A stretch of 64,000 nt of DNA, from assembly GCA_033581555.1 (NCBI GenBank), contig JAVQSZ010000005.1, positions 64,001 through 128,000 of the forward strand, read 5' to 3'. The notes under the pieces are model-generated. The model was given only the letters and a program-made list of their open reading frames with translations, searched no databases and was not told where the DNA came from. The position numbers were made by a program, and so were the translations under genes. The stretch is from Nitrososphaerota archaeon. GTDB taxonomy: Archaea > Thermoproteota > Nitrososphaeria_A > Caldarchaeales > Calditenuaceae. This document shows positions 8,368 to 17,307 of this stretch, one piece after another. Positions within the stretch are counted from its first letter, which is position 1. The number at the start of each line of letters is the position of its first letter.

Positions 8368-10047
8368 TCAGCCCACCTCCACGTGCTCTAAGAACTCCCT
8401 CGGCGTGAGGAGCGTCACGCCCGCCACCCTCCTCGAGAGCTCGCAGGTCTCCGGCGGGAAGATGTCGTGCTGCGCCAGGAGCTCGGCGTTGGAGAAGGCG
8501 ACCCTCGTCGGAGCGTCGAGGACGATCCGGCCGTCGGCCATCATGACGGTCCTCGTGCAGTACTCGGCCACGACCCACATCTCGTGGGTTATGGTGATGA
8601 CCGTCGTCCCAGCCCTGTTCAGGTTGAGCACCGTGTTCATCAGGGCCCTCGTCTCGCCGGGCGAGAGGCCGGTCGTGGGCTCGTCGAGGATGACGACCCT
8701 TGGGTTCAGGGCCAGTATCGAGGCGACCGCGACCCTCTGCCTCTCGCCCTTCTGAAGGAAGAACGGGTCCTCGTTGAGGAGGCGCGTTATCCCCATCATC
8801 TCCGCGACCTCCCTAACCCTCCTGTCAACTTCGGCCTCGCTGAGGCCCCTTGCCCTGAGGCCGTACGCAAGCTCCTCGTAGACCGTCTGCGAGAATATCT
8901 GGTAGTCGGGGTTCTGGAAGATGTACCCGACGTCCTTAGCCCTCTCGGAGACGTCCTCCGCCGTCGCGTCCCTCCCGAAGATCCTCACCCTGCCCCTCTT
9001 CGGCCTCAGGATCCCCATGATCACCTGAGCGAGCGTAGTCTTCCCGCTCCCGTTCTGCCCGATCAGCGCCAGCATCTCTCCCTGGTGGACCCTGAAGTCA
9101 ACGCCCTTCAGGACCCAGTTCTGGCCATCGTAGGCGAACCAGACGTCCTCGAGCTCCACGGCGAGGCCGTCGCCCGGGGCAGGCCTCTCCTCCGGCGTCC
9201 TCACCCTCTTGACCCTAGGGAAGACCCGCAGGGCCTCGTCGAGCAGAACAGGGACCGAGTTGCTCCTGACCCTCATGTCCCAGCAGATCTCCGCGACCTC
9301 CGGCGGCTTCAGCCCAAGCGACCTGAGCTCCTCGACCATCCCTAGTACCTCCTTCGCATCCCCCTCCACCGCCACCTTGCCGTCGACCAAAAGGATGACC
9401 CTGTCTGCGAACTCCGCGACCTTCTCGAGGCGGTGGTCGACCAAGACCAGCGATTTGATCACCTCCTCGTCCAGCAGCCTCCTCATCACGTCGTAGACCT
9501 CCCTCTTCCCCCTCGGGTCGAGGTCGCTCGTGGCCTCGTCGAGTATCAGGACCGAGGGCTGCAGCGAGAGCAGCGAGGCTATCGCGAGCCTCTGCTTCTG
9601 CCCCCCACTGAGCGCGAACGAGTACCTCTTCTCTAAGCCCGTGAGCCCCACGAGGTCCAGGGCCCACTTGACCCTCCTCCTGATCTCCTCCCTCTCAAGT
9701 TGGAGGTTCTCCGGCCCGAAGGCGACCTCAAGCTCGACGGTCGTCCTGAAGAGCTGGACCTCGTAGTCCTGCATCACCATCGCGCAACTCTTGCTGATCT
9801 CCCCGACCCGCTTAGACGTCGTCACCTCCCCGTACACCCTCGCCTCTCCCCTGAAGTCGTCGTAGACGCCCATGTTAGGTATCAGGCCGGCCATCACCTT
9901 GCAAAGGGTCGTCTTGCCGGCGCCCGTGGGCCCGATGATCGCAACGACCTCGCCCTCCGAGACCTCAGCGCTGACGCCCTTTAGCGCGTAGTCGTTCGAG
10001 CCGCGGTACTTCACCCAGACGTCCCTTACCTCGACGGCCTTCACCAT
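8368..10047 (-). CDS. ECF transporter fused double ATPase
   Basis: Two Walker A motifs (GPTGAGKT, GQNGSGKT), LSGGQKQR, DEATSDLD/DEPTTGL. Confidence 0.92.
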   Translation of the reverse strand: MVKAVEVRDVWVKYRGSNDYALKGVSAEVSEGEVVAIIGPTGAGKTTLCKVMAGLIPNMGVYDDFRGEARVYGEVTTSKRVGEISKSCAMVMQDYEVQLFRTTVELEVAFGPENLQLEREEIRRRVKWALDLVGLTGLEKRYSFALSGGQKQRLAIASLLSLQPSVLILDEATSDLDPRGKREVYDVMRRLLDEEVIKSLVLVDHRLEKVAEFADRVILLVDGKVAVEGDAKEVLGMVEELRSLGLKPPEVAEICWDMRVRSNSVPVLLDEALRVFPRVKRVRTPEERPAPGDGLAVELEDVWFAYDGQNWVLKGVDFRVHQGEMLALIGQNGSGKTTLAQVIMGILRPKRGRVRIFGRDATAEDVSERAKDVGYIFQNPDYQIFSQTVYEELAYGLRARGLSEAEVDRRVREVAEMMGITRLLNEDPFFLQKGERQRVAVASILALNPRVVILDEPTTGLSPGETRALMNTVLNLNRAGTTVITITHEMWVVAEYCTRTVMMADGRIVLDAPTRVAFSNAELLAQHDIFPPETCELSRRVAGVTLLTPREFLEHVEVG

Positions 10048-10131
10048 GGGACGGCCATCAATCCTCTCGCCCTAAAGATATACGCTGAGAGCTGACGGGT
10101 ACAGGTTGAGAGGGACCGAAAAATTCGGGCT

Positions 10132-10944
10132 TCAGTCCTTCGCCAGCAGCGCCATCCCGACCGCGAAGATAAGGATGAAGACGCCGCCAACCGTCAGGAG
10201 GGGCGCGCCCGCGAAGACCGGTGCGAACTGCAGCAGCGGCTGGCCTAGCCCCACACCGACCAGTATCGTGACCCAGGTGCCCACGACGCCCGCGACGAAG
10301 ACCAACGCGGTCCCGATCCTGTGATAGGACTTGACCTCCGACGGAGTGTACTGGTAACCCTTCATCACGTCGGTCCAGAGCCAGCCCGCCCTCTTCGCCC
10401 TCGGGTAGACGAGGGCCATCAGGATCGGGGCGATGATGCCCGCAGAGATCAACTCGTTGAAGAAGATGATGAACGCGAGGAAAGTGAACGGCACGAACCC
10501 GACCAGCTCGGTCCAGTAGGGGATTATCAGCGCGACGACTCCCGAGTGCACCAGTATCACGAACTCGTACTTCAGGAGGCTCGAGAGCGTCCTGCAGTGC
10601 GGCTCCTCCCTGAAGACCCTGTGCCAGATCTTGTAAGGCACGAGCCCGAGGAAGAAGTTCCCGATGAACCCGCCGATGCTCCCGATCGTCAGCGCCCCGC
10701 CCAATATGTCGAAGCCTATCAGGTTCCCCACGGCCGAGCCCCACGCAGCCGCCGGCCCGAAGAGCAGGCTGGTGAACGGAGGTATCGCGTTGCCAGGCCT
10801 TATCGCGGTGACGCCAGGAATGATCCATATCGGGAGCGCCGCGAAGACGAAGAGCAGCGCGGCGTAGAGTCCTGCGGAGACGACGAACGCCGTGATCATC
10901 TGCGTGTAGCGCCACATCGTGAAGATTTCCCTCATGACGTCCAT
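10132..10944 (-). CDS. ECF substrate-specific S component (QueT-like)
   Basis: IRPGNAIPPFTSLLFGPAAAWGSAVGNLIG pattern; first gene of an S-AA-T unit. Start moved to ATG 10944 (MDVMREIF). Confidence 0.78.
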   Translation of the reverse strand: MDVMREIFTMWRYTQMITAFVVSAGLYAALLFVFAALPIWIIPGVTAIRPGNAIPPFTSLLFGPAAAWGSAVGNLIGFDILGGALTIGSIGGFIGNFFLGLVPYKIWHRVFREEPHCRTLSSLLKYEFVILVHSGVVALIIPYWTELVGFVPFTFLAFIIFFNELISAGIIAPILMALVYPRAKRAGWLWTDVMKGYQYTPSEVKSYHRIGTALVFVAGVVGTWVTILVGVGLGQPLLQFAPVFAGAPLLTVGGVFILIFAVGMALLAKD

Positions 10945-11066
10945 GATCGCTCGACTCGGTATAAAACAGTTCCGACGCGTGGCTCGCCAAGTAAAATCAG
11001 CCCGAGGCGCAGAGACGCAACACGGCTTCGACACGCGACGGCCCGGTCGCGGTTGTTCGCCAGCTC

Positions 11067-11190
11067 TAATCTTAAATATGAAACAAAAGCTTTAAATCAA
11101 CGTCCCATGAGGATTTGAAGTGTGCGTATATGTAGTTTATATAATCTATATGCAATATTTAAATCTGAACCAAAAACCTCTATTACAGCC
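11067..11190 (+). promoter_or_regulatory. Strongly AT-rich promoter region with a direct repeat and dyads
   Basis: TTAAATATGAAACAAAAGC (11072) and TTAAATCTGAACCAAAAAC (11159); the second lies about 30 nt upstream of ATG 11191. Confidence 0.6.
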
Positions 11191-11394
11191 ATGGCGGTGG
11201 TGCAGAACCAGGTCAGGAAGGAGGAGAAGGTCGTCACGAGGAGGAGCTATGCGGCCGGCTACAGGTACTGCTCGAGGTGCAGGGTCTACCACCTGACCGA
11301 CAGCGTGAGGTGCCCATACTGCGGGATCCTCCTGAGGAACTCGCCTAGGAAGAAGAAGCCGGTGGACCCATCGAAGTACGTCAGGATCGAGTGA
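11191..11394 (+). CDS. Basic zinc-finger microprotein (CxxC...CPxCG), 67 aa
   Basis: YCSRCRVY...RCPYCGILLRNSPRKKK; codon usage becomes genome-like from ATG 11191. Confidence 0.8.
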   Translation: MAVVQNQVRKEEKVVTRRSYAAGYRYCSRCRVYHLTDSVRCPYCGILLRNSPRKKKPVDPSKYVRIE

Positions 11395-11470
11395 GCTCAA
11401 GCTGAGCTGGGCGGCAACGGACCGAAGAGCCCGATAAGCTATTAGACGACCTGGGCCTCCCCCCAGCGGA

Positions 11471-12736
11471 GTGTGGGAGGAGGAGTACAAGCGGAGGTAC
11501 GTCTTCGCCGCCGATTACGGGACCAGCGACTACAAGTACGGGCCGATAACGCTCGGCGAGCGGCCGCAGGTCATCGAGAACAGGGGCTACTTCCCGGAGC
11601 CCTCGATCGTCTCGAGGATAATGGGCGTCGAGAGGGAGGTCGTCGTGGGCAAGGACGTCGTGCTCTTCCTCGAGAGCGGCGCGGACTTGCTGAGCAGGAT
11701 GGTTTACCCTATGAGGAGCGGGATCGTGGGCAAGGACGACGCGAGGGCATGGAAGGTGATAAGGGAGCTGACGAGGGCCTCACTGGAGGAGTTCAGGCCG
11801 AAGGGCGTGGGGTTCAACGGGTTTTACGTCGTCGCGGCGCTCTCCGCGGTCGCACCGAGGTACATGTACGAGCGGCTCTTCGAGGTCCACTCCGAGCTCG
11901 CGAAAGAGGGACTGGTCCACTCCTCGACGATCATACCGCAGCCCCTCGCCGTCGCCATCGCCCACAAGGCGACCTCATGCGTCGTCGTGGAGAGCGGGCA
12001 CGGAAACACCCAGGTCACGCCGATCTCGAGGGCCCCGATCAGGGGAGCAGTCGTGGCCCTGAACAGAGGAGGGGCCGACGCGAACGCGATTACCGCGGAG
12101 ATCCTCAAGGACGCGGGGTACGGCGACCTCGCGAAGGAGGAGGCGCTCGTGAGGAGGGTGAAGGAGCACCTCGGCCTGCTTCCGCTCGACTTGGACCGCG
12201 CGGTCTCCTTCGCGAGGTCGAACCCCTCCCTAGTCCATAAGGCGATCAAGGTCCCGGGGACCAGGATCAGGATCGACCTCGGAGAGAACTCTTGGGCGAG
12301 GTTCCTGATCGGCGAGTACGTCTTCGACCCGAACAAGGAGGTCTTCGAGAGCTACTTCAAGCGCGGGATGCCCAGGCCGAAGGACGTGAAGTTCGGCGAC
12401 ACGGTCTTCTACGGCACCACAACGGTGGCCGACGCGATCATCTCCGCGGTCGAGAAGTGCCCGGTGGAGCTCCAGCCTTACCTCTACTCGCAGATCATCC
12501 TCTCGGGAGGGAACCTTTCGTGGTCGGTCCCGCAGGAGCTGAGGGGCGTGGCCTCTGACGCGGCCGCCAGGGTCAAGAAGGACCTCTCGGAGAGGGGAGT
12601 GGAGAACGTCAACGTCAGGTCCTCCGAGGAGCCCCAGTTCACGGTCTGGAGGGGCTGCATAGTCTTCGGGTACTCGGTCCCCGCGAACTATGAGTGGTCC
12701 TGGGAGAGGATGGAGGGATGGATGAGGTTCAGGTGA
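11471..12736 (+). CDS. Crenactin (archaeal actin)
   Basis: Phosphate-1 DYGTSDYKYG, YPMRSGIV, IIPQPLAVA, phosphate-2 ESGHGNTQVTPI, adenosine ILSGGN, VWRGCIVFG. Confidence 0.92.
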   Translation: MWEEEYKRRYVFAADYGTSDYKYGPITLGERPQVIENRGYFPEPSIVSRIMGVEREVVVGKDVVLFLESGADLLSRMVYPMRSGIVGKDDARAWKVIRELTRASLEEFRPKGVGFNGFYVVAALSAVAPRYMYERLFEVHSELAKEGLVHSSTIIPQPLAVAIAHKATSCVVVESGHGNTQVTPISRAPIRGAVVALNRGGADANAITAEILKDAGYGDLAKEEALVRRVKEHLGLLPLDLDRAVSFARSNPSLVHKAIKVPGTRIRIDLGENSWARFLIGEYVFDPNKEVFESYFKRGMPRPKDVKFGDTVFYGTTTVADAIISAVEKCPVELQPYLYSQIILSGGNLSWSVPQELRGVASDAAARVKKDLSERGVENVNVRSSEEPQFTVWRGCIVFGYSVPANYEWSWERMEGWMRFR

Positions 12737-12742
12737 GGCCTT

Positions 12743-13786
12743 TTGGGGTGCGACGTGCTCTTCGACGTCCTTACACCGAAGCAAGCCCTCTTCTTCTGGG
12801 CCGTAGGCCGAGAGCTCGAGGCCCGAGGGATCGAGGTCTCCTACGTCGCTAGGGACTACGAGCAGCTGGACTGGGTCGAGCGCGAGCTTCGGCTCGGGGC
12901 CCTGAAGGTAGGGAGGTTCGGCGGGGAGGGGCTCGAGGGGAAGCTGGTCGCGAGCACCGAGAGGCAGGCGGCCCTCATCGATGTCCTCAAGGAGCTCAGA
13001 CCGAAGATCGCGGCCTCGAGCGGGTCGATCGAGCTCTGCAGGGTCGCCTACGGACTCGCGGTCAGGCACTACCTCGCCTCCGACACGCCCCACTCGCCGG
13101 TGAACAGGGTCTGCGTCCCGCTCTCCGACCTCGTCGCGACTCCCCGCTACATCCCAGTCTCGGAGTGGAGGAGGTGGGCAACTCCCTCGACCAGGTTCCT
13201 GAGGTACAGGGCCCTCGACCCGATCGCGTGGATCAGGAGGCTGGAGGGCCCGGTGAGTCGTAGTGCGGGGAGGAGGTACGTCCTCGTCAGGCCGCCGGAG
13301 AGGAAGGCGAGCTACCTCAGATCGGGTGGTCTGGAGGAGACCTCGGCGGTGATCCGGGCCCTCAGATCCAACTACGAAGGCGAGGTGCTGGTGGTCGCGA
13401 GGTACAGGGACGACGCCTCCCAACTCTCGGGGGTCTCCGGAGACCGGGTGAAGGTGTTGAACGAGCCGACGCTACTGCTGCCGCTGATCGCCGGCGCCGA
13501 CGCGGTCTTCTCGGGCGGCGGAACCACGGCCCAAGAGGCCGCACTGCTCGGCGTCCCTACATTCACCTTCTACCCCGGCGAGATACCTGCAGTCCACAGG
13601 TTCCTGATCAGGAGGGGGCTGCTGAAGGAGGTAGACCCTGAAAAGCGTTCGATTGCGGCGGCGATCGAGCTCGCGATGGAGTCCGGGTTCCGAAGGAGGC
13701 TGATGGAGAGGGCGAGGAGGCTGAGGGGCTCAATGGAGGACCCCGCTGAGGCCCTCGCGAACGCTATTGCGGCTGGACTGGAGTAG
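12743..13786 (+). CDS. DUF354-family GT-B fold protein (putative glycosyltransferase)
   Basis: FDVLTPKQ N-terminus, DTPHS, SGGGTTAQEAALLGVPT. Confidence 0.8.
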   Translation: MGCDVLFDVLTPKQALFFWAVGRELEARGIEVSYVARDYEQLDWVERELRLGALKVGRFGGEGLEGKLVASTERQAALIDVLKELRPKIAASSGSIELCRVAYGLAVRHYLASDTPHSPVNRVCVPLSDLVATPRYIPVSEWRRWATPSTRFLRYRALDPIAWIRRLEGPVSRSAGRRYVLVRPPERKASYLRSGGLEETSAVIRALRSNYEGEVLVVARYRDDASQLSGVSGDRVKVLNEPTLLLPLIAGADAVFSGGGTTAQEAALLGVPTFTFYPGEIPAVHRFLIRRGLLKEVDPEKRSIAAAIELAMESGFRRRLMERARRLRGSMEDPAEALANAIAAGLE

Positions 13787-13828
13787 CTTGATGGACCGGC
13801 GACTCAGATGGCAGCCAGGTGGTAGGCG

Positions 13829-15139
13829 CTGAGGGTCTTCGCGGACCTGCAGATCCACTCGAGGTACTCGGGGGCCACGTCGACCAAGATGACCCTCGAC
13901 GAACTGGTCTACTACGCCGACCTCAAGGGAATAGACCTGATGGGGACCGGAGACGCCCTTCACCCGCTCTGGCTGAGGGAGCTGATCGAGAACACCGTGG
14001 AGGTCTCGCAGGGCGTCTACGCGTACAAAGGAGGAGGGAGGGTGAAGTTCGTCGCGCAGACGGAGGTCGCGACCGTCCACGACTACGCCGGGAGGACGCG
14101 GAAGATCCACCACGTGATCCTCATGCCGAGCCTCGAGGTCGCTGGCCAGCTCTCGGACGCGCTGAGGGGGTACGGGAACGTCGAGTCCGACGGGAGGCCA
14201 GTTCTGAACGTCAGGCCGAGCGAACTGGTCGAGGTCGTCCTTCAGACGGAACCCAGGTGCTACGTCTTCCCCGCACACGCCTGGACTCCCTGGTGGTCGA
14301 TCTTCGGGGCCTTCAGTGGCGTCGACGCGGTAGAGGAGTGCTACGAGGACAAGGCCGACCGGATCCATGCGATCGAGACCGGGTTGAGCAGCGACCCGCC
14401 GATGAACTGGAGGGTGAGCTCGCTCGATCGATACCTGCTGGTCAGCTCCTCTGACTCCCACAGCCCCTACCCCTATAGGATAGGGAGGGAGATGGTCGTC
14501 CTCGAGCTGAAGGACCTCTCATACGACGGCCTCTACGCCGCCCTCACCCGCTCCCCGGGCCCTTCGATGGCGGTCATGACGGTCGAGGTCCCCCCGAGCT
14601 ACGGGAAGTACCACTGGTCGGGACACAGGAGGTGCGGGGTGGGTCCGCTGAGCCCGAAGGAGGCGAAGAGGCTGAACTACGTCTGCCCGAGGTGCGGGAG
14701 GAGGCTCACGAAGGGCGTCGAGGACAGGGTCGAGGAGCTCGCCGACAGGCCTGAGGGTTACAGGCCGGAGGGCGCCCTAGACTTCGTCTACGTACTGCCG
14801 CTGCAAGAGCTGATCGCCCTGAGCAGGGGCGAGGACCCGAACGCGACCAACCTGATGTCCAAGGCGATATGGGGCGAGTACGTGAGGATGGTCGGGGCCT
14901 TCGGGAGCGAGATTCGGGCCCTCCTCGAGGCGCCAGTCGGGGAGATCGCGAGGCTCACCGACCCGGTACTCGCTCGGCTGATCGAGAGGATGAGGAGGAA
15001 CCAGCTAGAAGTCGTGCCCGGGTACGACGGCCTCTACGGAAGGGTCAAGCTGCCTGAGGGCATCGGCGCCAGCGCTAGGAAGATGACGCCGAAGTCCGAG
15101 GTCGGGAGGAGGCGCACTAAGACCCTCGACGAGTACTGA
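13829..15139 (+). CDS. Endonuclease Q-family PHP-domain protein with zinc finger
   Basis: ADLQIHSRYS (upstream of the ORF-track start), GTGD, KIHHVIL, PAHAWTP, ETGLSSD, SDSHS, GKYH...CPRCG...KGV.DRV, PGYDGLYG. Start inferred at CTG 13829. Confidence 0.88.
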   Translation: MRVFADLQIHSRYSGATSTKMTLDELVYYADLKGIDLMGTGDALHPLWLRELIENTVEVSQGVYAYKGGGRVKFVAQTEVATVHDYAGRTRKIHHVILMPSLEVAGQLSDALRGYGNVESDGRPVLNVRPSELVEVVLQTEPRCYVFPAHAWTPWWSIFGAFSGVDAVEECYEDKADRIHAIETGLSSDPPMNWRVSSLDRYLLVSSSDSHSPYPYRIGREMVVLELKDLSYDGLYAALTRSPGPSMAVMTVEVPPSYGKYHWSGHRRCGVGPLSPKEAKRLNYVCPRCGRRLTKGVEDRVEELADRPEGYRPEGALDFVYVLPLQELIALSRGEDPNATNLMSKAIWGEYVRMVGAFGSEIRALLEAPVGEIARLTDPVLARLIERMRRNQLEVVPGYDGLYGRVKLPEGIGASARKMTPKSEVGRRRTKTLDEY

Positions 15140-15154
15140 CGGCAAACCCCGCGG

Positions 15155-17059
15155 TCAGGCGAGCCTAAGGGAGTCCAGGTTGTTCGGCGCGTAGACCGAG
15201 GCGCCGGGAACCACCTTCCTAGCTACCGGGTACATGGCCTGAATCGCCTCGGGCTCGCCGTGGATGAAGACGACGTTCTTAGGTCTGGTGGAGACCCGCT
15301 TGAGGTAGTTGATCAGCTGCTGCCTGCTCGAGTGGCCGGAGAAGCCATCGACCTTGTCGACCCTCATCCTCACGGTCAGGGCCTCGAACTTCCCCTCCTC
15401 GTTCATCACCTGGACCTCCCTCATCCCCTTCAGGATCTTCCTCCCCAGGGTCCCCTCGACCTGATAGCTGACGAACTGCAGCAGGTTCCGCTCGTCGCCG
15501 CAGAGCCTCCTGAAGTACGCCAGGACCGGACCTCCCTCCATCATGCCCGAGGTGGCGAGGATGATCGCGGGCTCCGTCGACTGGAGGACCTCCTCCCTCT
15601 GCTGGGGGCTCCTGACCAGCGTGAAGTAGTCGGAGAGGAAGACGTTCCCGACCTGTTCCATCTCGGCCTGGAGCTTGCCCGACATGTACTCGGGGAACAT
15701 CATGTGGATCGCGGTGGACTCGATGAGGAGGCCATCTAGGAAGACCGGGACTTCGGGGATCACCTTCTGCTCGAAGAGCCTCCTGATCACCAGCATGATC
15801 TCCTGAGCCCTCCCGACCGCCGGGACAGGTATCAGTACCTGACCTCCCTCACTCACGGTCTGGGATATCCTCTCGCCTAGCATCCTGACGCTCTCCTCCC
15901 TCGTGTATGGGACCGGAGTCGCGCCGTAGGTGCTCTCGAGGATCAGCGTCTCGACCCTCGGGAACTTCGTGACTGCGGGGCTCAGCATCTCGGTCTCCTC
16001 GTACTTGAAGTCGCCGGTGTAGACGACGTTGTGGAAGCCGTCGTCGACGTGAAGGTGCGCGATCGCGGATCCTATGATGTGGCCCGCGTTGTAGAAGGTC
16101 AGCCTCATGTCGGGGGTTATGTTGGTGACCACGCCGTACCTGAGCGTGACCGTGTACTGAGCGACGGTCCTGACGTCGTGCTCGGAGTATGGCGCGAACT
16201 CACCCTCTTTCCCTATTAGGTTGAGGTAGTCGAGGTGCTCCATGATCATCAAGGGCAGCGTCGGCTCCGTCATGTAGACCGGGCCCCTGTAACCGTACTT
16301 GAAGAGGAGCGGGAGGGCCCCGTGGTGGTCCATGTGTGAGTGCGTGACGACGACCGCGTCCAGCTCCTCGATCAGGTCTGGGTAGGAGTCGAACCTCGGG
16401 AAGACGTCGTGGATCCTGGTCGCGCCGGCGTTGATGCCCGCGTCGAGCAGGACCGTGCTCTCCTTAGTCTTGACCAGCAGGCAGGACCTCCCGACCTGCA
16501 TAGCTCCCCCGAGGAACGTGATGACGACCTCGCTGTCCTGGAAGAGCCTGTCCCTGAAGACCCTCTCGCCGATCGACCTGAGGATCTCTATCCGCTCGGG
16601 CCCGGCCCCGTAGATGTACCTGCTCACCTTCTCGACGGTCGTCGAGGTCATCGGCGGAGCCCTCCTCACCGTCACGACCCACCTCAACCTGTTCTCGAGT
16701 TCAGCCACGACGGCCTCGTCGATCGGGACCACCACGTCCTTCGTCTTGATGGTGACGATCACCTCTCCCAGCTCCTCGTCGATCCGGAGGCTGTACTGGT
16801 GGCCCGCGAACGCCTCCGCGACCGCGGCCTCCGCCTCCTCCTTCGGGGCCCTTATCGAAGGGTCGGGCCTGATCACGACCCTCTTCTTGATCATGCTCAC
16901 CAGCTCCCTCGCGATCCTGTTCCTGTCCGCGAAGACGTCGGGCCTGTCGGTGTAGATCGCGATCCTCGGCCCCTCATAGTCGATCTTGGTCGCGACGCGC
17001 TGCCCCTGACCCACCGTCGCTAGATAGCTTAAGATCTCGTCCCTGATCGAGCTAAACAT
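15155..17059 (-). CDS. fttA: aCPSF1/FttA KH-domain beta-CASP ribonuclease (transcription termination factor)
   Basis: KH N-terminus (IDYEGPRIAIY), THSHMDHHG, NAGHIIGS, YTGDFK, GFSGHS, HGE; SD AGGTGA upstream. Confidence 0.93.
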   Translation of the reverse strand: MFSSIRDEILSYLATVGQGQRVATKIDYEGPRIAIYTDRPDVFADRNRIARELVSMIKKRVVIRPDPSIRAPKEEAEAAVAEAFAGHQYSLRIDEELGEVIVTIKTKDVVVPIDEAVVAELENRLRWVVTVRRAPPMTSTTVEKVSRYIYGAGPERIEILRSIGERVFRDRLFQDSEVVITFLGGAMQVGRSCLLVKTKESTVLLDAGINAGATRIHDVFPRFDSYPDLIEELDAVVVTHSHMDHHGALPLLFKYGYRGPVYMTEPTLPLMIMEHLDYLNLIGKEGEFAPYSEHDVRTVAQYTVTLRYGVVTNITPDMRLTFYNAGHIIGSAIAHLHVDDGFHNVVYTGDFKYEETEMLSPAVTKFPRVETLILESTYGATPVPYTREESVRMLGERISQTVSEGGQVLIPVPAVGRAQEIMLVIRRLFEQKVIPEVPVFLDGLLIESTAIHMMFPEYMSGKLQAEMEQVGNVFLSDYFTLVRSPQQREEVLQSTEPAIILATSGMMEGGPVLAYFRRLCGDERNLLQFVSYQVEGTLGRKILKGMREVQVMNEEGKFEALTVRMRVDKVDGFSGHSSRQQLINYLKRVSTRPKNVVFIHGEPEAIQAMYPVARKVVPGASVYAPNNLDSLRLA

Positions 17060-17307
17060 GAGCTTTCTTTCACCTTCTGGGCGACAGCCCTACCTGAACC
17101 CGCTCCGTCTTTATTTAAGTGTAAATCGTTCGGCATCCCGGCCCGCGTTGAGCTCGCACAACCGGTGCGCGCCCTCGCACACCACCTAAGCGACGGGCAG
17201 GACGCTGCAGAGTCGTCACGACACCCGCCGTATGACATACCAGTGACACCCTGGGTGCGCGCCTCGGGACGGTTTATCTTCAGGAGAGGTGTAAGAGGGG
17301 GACCGAG

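Noticed and set aside
11060-11190. AT-rich tract as a replication origin
   Set aside because: No ORB-like repeats and no cdc6/orc1 nearby; a promoter explains it better
17060-17307. Short repeats (GGTGCGCGCC twice, GTATGACATAC dyad) in the aCPSF1/aminotransferase gap
   Set aside because: Too short and GC-rich to separate from chance without comparative data
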